Origin: a candidate division WOR-3 bacterium
GTDB lineage: Bacteria; Hydrothermota; Tepidihabitantia; Tepidihabitantales; Tepidihabitantaceae
Direction: 5' to 3'
Assembly: GCA_039801225.1 (NCBI GenBank)
Contig: JBDRUH010000003.1
Location: 1-57,244, forward strand
Length of the DNA: 57,244 nt
A program made the position numbers and the translations under genes. The notes under the pieces were generated by a model. That model worked only from the letters and a program-made list of their open reading frames with translations. It ran no database searches and was not told the DNA's origin. Below, piece by piece: positions 53,792 through 57,244 of this stretch. How positions within the stretch are numbered: position 1 is the stretch's first letter; the number at the start of each line of letters is the position of its first letter.

Positions 53792-56700
53792 TTACCGCCG
53801 GATAATAAACCGGTCGCGAAAACTTTTGGAACGGGTGACCGCTGTTCCACCATTCATCTCAGTATAATGGGCATCTATCTTGTAAAGATAAACTCCATTA
53901 GAGAGCCTATTTCCATCTTTATCCTTACCATCCCATTCCATCTGATTATAACCAAACTGGCACTCTTTAGGTCCTAAGATCCGCACGAGTCTACCAGAAA
54001 TGGTGAATATTTTTATTGAGACCCGGGCCGGACGGGAAAGAACAAATGTAAACCAGGCTGTAGATTGAACCGGATTAGGATAAACCAGGCAGTTATCCAA
54101 ACGAAGCTCCTCGCGTAGGTCAGTGACAAGATGGTAAACCGCAATCCGGCGGTTAAGGAAGTTATCCGAGGCGATTATCACTAAGGAATCCCGCTCCTTT
54201 GCTAACTCTAATGGATAACTGAAACTACCTGAAGTTGAAGAGTTTAGGTTATAACTAAAATAATCGGCCAGTTCTATCTTCTGGCTACGGTCACCTAAAT
54301 AGCAACTCAAACCATAATCTGGTTCTTTTGTCAAAAGTATGCCTCCTGGGTCGGAAACCTCACCAGTGAGATTGAACCGCTTCGTAACCCGGACAGTGTC
54401 GTTTAATTTCAGAAAAACATTTCCTGCCTTAGCAATAATTTCCGGCGGTTGACTGTCCATGGGTGACAAGGCTTCAGGACTTAGATATAAGGGTAGGGAT
54501 AAAATACTATAACCCTTCAGAACTGATGCATTCCATACCAGTCCACTTACCCGGCAGGTCTCCCTTTTTCTAATATATCTACCATTACCCACATTGACAG
54601 TATCAGGGTAGTTCACTCGCGGCACAATAAAACTGCCGGAAAGTTTACCTTCACTAAACCTGCCTAAACCCCGGAAAATCTCCAGACCAGGAAGAACATA
54701 GGTTATTCCATAACCCTCGGACTGATAAAAACGCTCCCTGTCCGCTTCGGTTGCCCGGATTTCAAAAAAACCCTCGTTTAACTGGGAATTTGCCCGCCAA
54801 GCAACTCCTCCACCAGGATAAAAGGTATCAGGAGTAACAATCGGCGGGCTATCAACTTCAGGTAGTCGCAATCTAACTGTTGGGTCGCCGAAAAGGATAT
54901 AACGGTTATAGCCCAGCCAGGCTTGATAAAACGCCGGACCAATCGGCGCATTTTTTTCTTGTAAAAGCCGCGAGAATAATGTTCGGGCAAAAGTCTCATT
55001 ACTACTGGAATAGGTGGCTTTGGATGCGCCTATACTAGCGATACAACCCTCTTCACTCCGAACCAGTTCCTCAGCAATCGCCTGATACCGGGTGTCTTCA
55101 AATCGTCCCACACCGCAGGAGCCAAAAAAGGCGAGCGGGTTTCTTCCGCCATTTTTTACCTTCGGCACATCCTCAATATTAAACGCCCGCTCATGGCAAA
55201 GTTGAAAACCAGCACCATGACCAAAGAAACACCAAAGTAAAGCGCCAAGGTTCAACTGGCGCAAAAGTTCTGCCGCCGCTTTAGGCTTTGACTTGACCGC
55301 CTCAAAAGGATACTCAGTGAGATAAACTTTAACTACATCCAGTAAATTCCCAGAAAGAGCTGCGATTCCTTCACAGCCCAGAATATGCACAAACCCCTCC
55401 CGCTTCTCCGGCTCCGGACTGCCTTTATACTCATCGTCGCCTAAGAGTAAAAATCGCTTTGCCCATAAACCCAACTCTTGAGTTTCATAACGCCTGATTT
55501 TCTCTAAAAACTGGCGGAACTCCTGAGGAGTTCTACTGGTTATTCGGGCAAGAATCATATCCGGGCTTGAACCAACCCCTTCAAAATCGGCATACCATGC
55601 CTCAAGCGCCAAGACATGTTCATTGTAAACTTCATAATCAAGGTCAAAACCTATCTGATAACTTGGCACTCCTAAAGTTTTACCTAAGCGGAGGTTATCC
55701 TTGTAATCGTAAGTCGCATCGCCAACAAAAAGTCCATACACCGGTCTTTTAGCGGCGAAAAAAGCCTTAATCGCCCCGGGCTCCTCCATTCCAAATGCAT
55801 AATCGTCATATATCTCATCTAAGGGCACAGCCTTAACCCGGGCATTAGAAATACCGGCAATATTCCCCTCCCGATGCTGGGCAAATAGCCGGGCAACCGG
55901 CAAAAACTCCCGCGGACAGATAATGTAGTAGTCCGCTCTTTCTCTTAGGGTGCGTAACCCGCCGGGATGGCGCTCTTCCAAACTCACAACTTGACGGGGA
56001 TGGCTCTCCCGCAAACAAAAGAAACTCTTTAGTCCCTGAGTCTCCATTCTGAATTTAAACTGATTTCCTTTCATCTCGCCCTCAATTATCTTCGGTTCAT
56101 ACGGGTTGGTGACATCAAAGACTAAAAGATCACTACCCGCACCACCGATGGCAAAATCCCCTGGCTCCTTGGTAAAAAACTCAAGAGACCGTTGTGTCCC
56201 GGAAAACTCCAGCCGGGTGACATAATCCACTTCAATATAGTCAAGATAAACATCACCCCTGCCTAAGAGTTCAACCCCTAAGGTATCGCTTTTAACCGTT
56301 CGGACCGCGGCAGAAAATGGTAACTGAGCAAACTCAAAATTACTGGGGGGCACTCCGCTATTTTTTGCTATAATGGACACCGTATCCAGAACCACCCCAT
56401 TTAAAGAAAGAACCACCGAATATGTCTCTCCTCCCTCCTTCTCAGTCCAGCCGTAAAACCGCACTCGGATACTTTTAATGGTATCCCGGTTGGTCAGAGT
56501 GAACTGCCGGTAAAACTTGACACTTCCTGTTCCATCATTGAGGTAACGCTCCCAGACCCAGAGGAGTCCGGAGCGCGCCGGACAGAGTAGGTCCTCCTCT
56601 ACTCTAACTCTATTTAACGCCCGGTTTATGGGATTTGCCGCCCCGGTTCCAGAAATCGCCCCTATCCGCCTACCTTCTCCTCTACCCCAGGTCAACCAGA

Positions 56701-57244
56701 AAACCCGATAATTGGTATAATAATTTGCCTGCCACTCAGTAAGCGAGTCGTTCCAACAGGAAGGCGACCGGGCATAAAAAAGAATGTAGTCCTTAGAATC
56801 AAACTTTCCATCCTCTTCACCCTTGACATAAATCGGCACCTCTACCATCGTATCGGGATAAACCCCATTAATCTGATAACGGTCGATGGTGAAAATTCTG
56901 AAGGTGCGCGGGTCAATAACTTTTGTGTCAAAACCGGCATCCTTCAACCCTTTCGGAGTTATCTGGTAAACCCCGGTGGTCTCAGTTTTAATCCGGCACC
57001 AAACAGAGTAACGAGCGAAGAAGTTAACTGAGTCGGTTGTTGACCGGGATATCTTCCATTTTACCGCATCTTTGCCATTCAAAAGGGCATCTTCTAACAC
57101 GCTATTTAGCGCATCCTCCTCCGGTATCTCTTGCGGAGACAGGGAAAAAATCATCTTCACCACCACCCGCTGATGGACTTTAATAGTTCGGGACACCGGA
57201 TTATATTGTACCGGGTTAATTCTCACCCTTGCCACCCTGACTCC
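53792..57244 (-). CDS. PorU-like C25 (gingipain-family) cysteine peptidase with C-terminal FlgD/T9SS sorting domain; 5' end outside window
   Basis: Propeptide RINPVQYNP; IYD..AFG, GDA.YD.K, GHG (His), SC..G.F (Cys) and FGDP motifs; VYPNP...IFT.SG.LV...WDG.D..G..L.NGVY; frame open to the window end. Confidence 0.85.
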   Translation of the reverse strand, partial: GVRVARVRINPVQYNPVSRTIKVHQRVVVKMIFSLSPQEIPEEDALNSVLEDALLNGKDAVKWKISRSTTDSVNFFARYSVWCRIKTETTGVYQITPKGLKDAGFDTKVIDPRTFRIFTIDRYQINGVYPDTMVEVPIYVKGEEDGKFDSKDYILFYARSPSCWNDSLTEWQANYYTNYRVFWLTWGRGEGRRIGAISGTGAANPINRALNRVRVEEDLLCPARSGLLWVWERYLNDGTGSVKFYRQFTLTNRDTIKSIRVRFYGWTEKEGGETYSVVLSLNGVVLDTVSIIAKNSGVPPSNFEFAQLPFSAAVRTVKSDTLGVELLGRGDVYLDYIEVDYVTRLEFSGTQRSLEFFTKEPGDFAIGGAGSDLLVFDVTNPYEPKIIEGEMKGNQFKFRMETQGLKSFFCLRESHPRQVVSLEERHPGGLRTLRERADYYIICPREFLPVARLFAQHREGNIAGISNARVKAVPLDEIYDDYAFGMEEPGAIKAFFAAKRPVYGLFVGDATYDYKDNLRLGKTLGVPSYQIGFDLDYEVYNEHVLALEAWYADFEGVGSSPDMILARITSRTPQEFRQFLEKIRRYETQELGLWAKRFLLLGDDEYKGSPEPEKREGFVHILGCEGIAALSGNLLDVVKVYLTEYPFEAVKSKPKAAAELLRQLNLGALLWCFFGHGAGFQLCHERAFNIEDVPKVKNGGRNPLAFFGSCGVGRFEDTRYQAIAEELVRSEEGCIASIGASKATYSSSNETFARTLFSRLLQEKNAPIGPAFYQAWLGYNRYILFGDPTVRLRLPEVDSPPIVTPDTFYPGGGVAWRANSQLNEGFFEIRATEADRERFYQSEGYGITYVLPGLEIFRGLGRFSEGKLSGSFIVPRVNYPDTVNVGNGRYIRKRETCRVSGLVWNASVLKGYSILSLPLYLSPEALSPMDSQPPEIIAKAGNVFLKLNDTVRVTKRFNLTGEVSDPGGILLTKEPDYGLSCYLGDRSQKIELADYFSYNLNSSTSGSFSYPLELAKERDSLVIIASDNFLNRRIAVYHLVTDLREELRLDNCLVYPNPVQSTAWFTFVLSRPARVSIKIFTISGRLVRILGPKECQFGYNQMEWDGKDKDGNRLSNGVYLYKIDAHYTEMNGGTAVTRSKSFRDRFIIRR

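Noticed and set aside
404..55752. Numerous short antisense or alternate-frame ORFs in the track
   Set aside because: They lie within well-supported genes and show no recognisable motifs; treated as shadow ORFs.

Overview
This is a 57-kb bacterial chromosomal segment made mostly of housekeeping genes. The combination of outer-membrane, T9SS-type and DivIVA/PASTA genes suggests an FCB-related candidate lineage such as WOR-3 (inference only). Gene content: class V aminotransferase, CDF transporter, DUF4175-like and TPR proteins, nfnAB, ddl, divIVA-punA-bamD-nadD-yajC-def-fmt-PASTA-rpe-ffh, xerC, a four-gene uncharacterised membrane operon (Fn3/DUF6754), rlmN, mreBCD-mrdA-rodA, hicBA, a T9SS-tagged DUF362 protein, rpsM-rpsK-rpsD-rpoA-rplQ, panD, rsfS, PTS EIIA, a putative beta-barrel pair, PHP phosphatase, ridA, a hydrogenase maturation protease, a UDP-sugar dehydrogenase, rpsP-khpA-trmD-rplS-rnhB-yraN-comM, hsp20, a secreted S74 fibre protein and a PorU/C25-like protein. 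No tRNA, rRNA, CRISPR or transposase was recognised. The most unusual signals are at the DNA level. (1) Two intergenic arrays show strict 12-nt periodicity with variable content (30817-31128, 50560-50799), each ending in a G-rich motif and an AT-rich tail. (2) A family of heptamer and palindromic repeats sits in frame inside about ten genes. (3) An inverted pair of 184-bp cassettes flanks 32 kb, and inverting that block would restore the canonical ffh-rpsP-trmD-rplS order. (4) Many promoters have 16-bp spacers or look leaderless, and there are probable ACG and CTG start codons.
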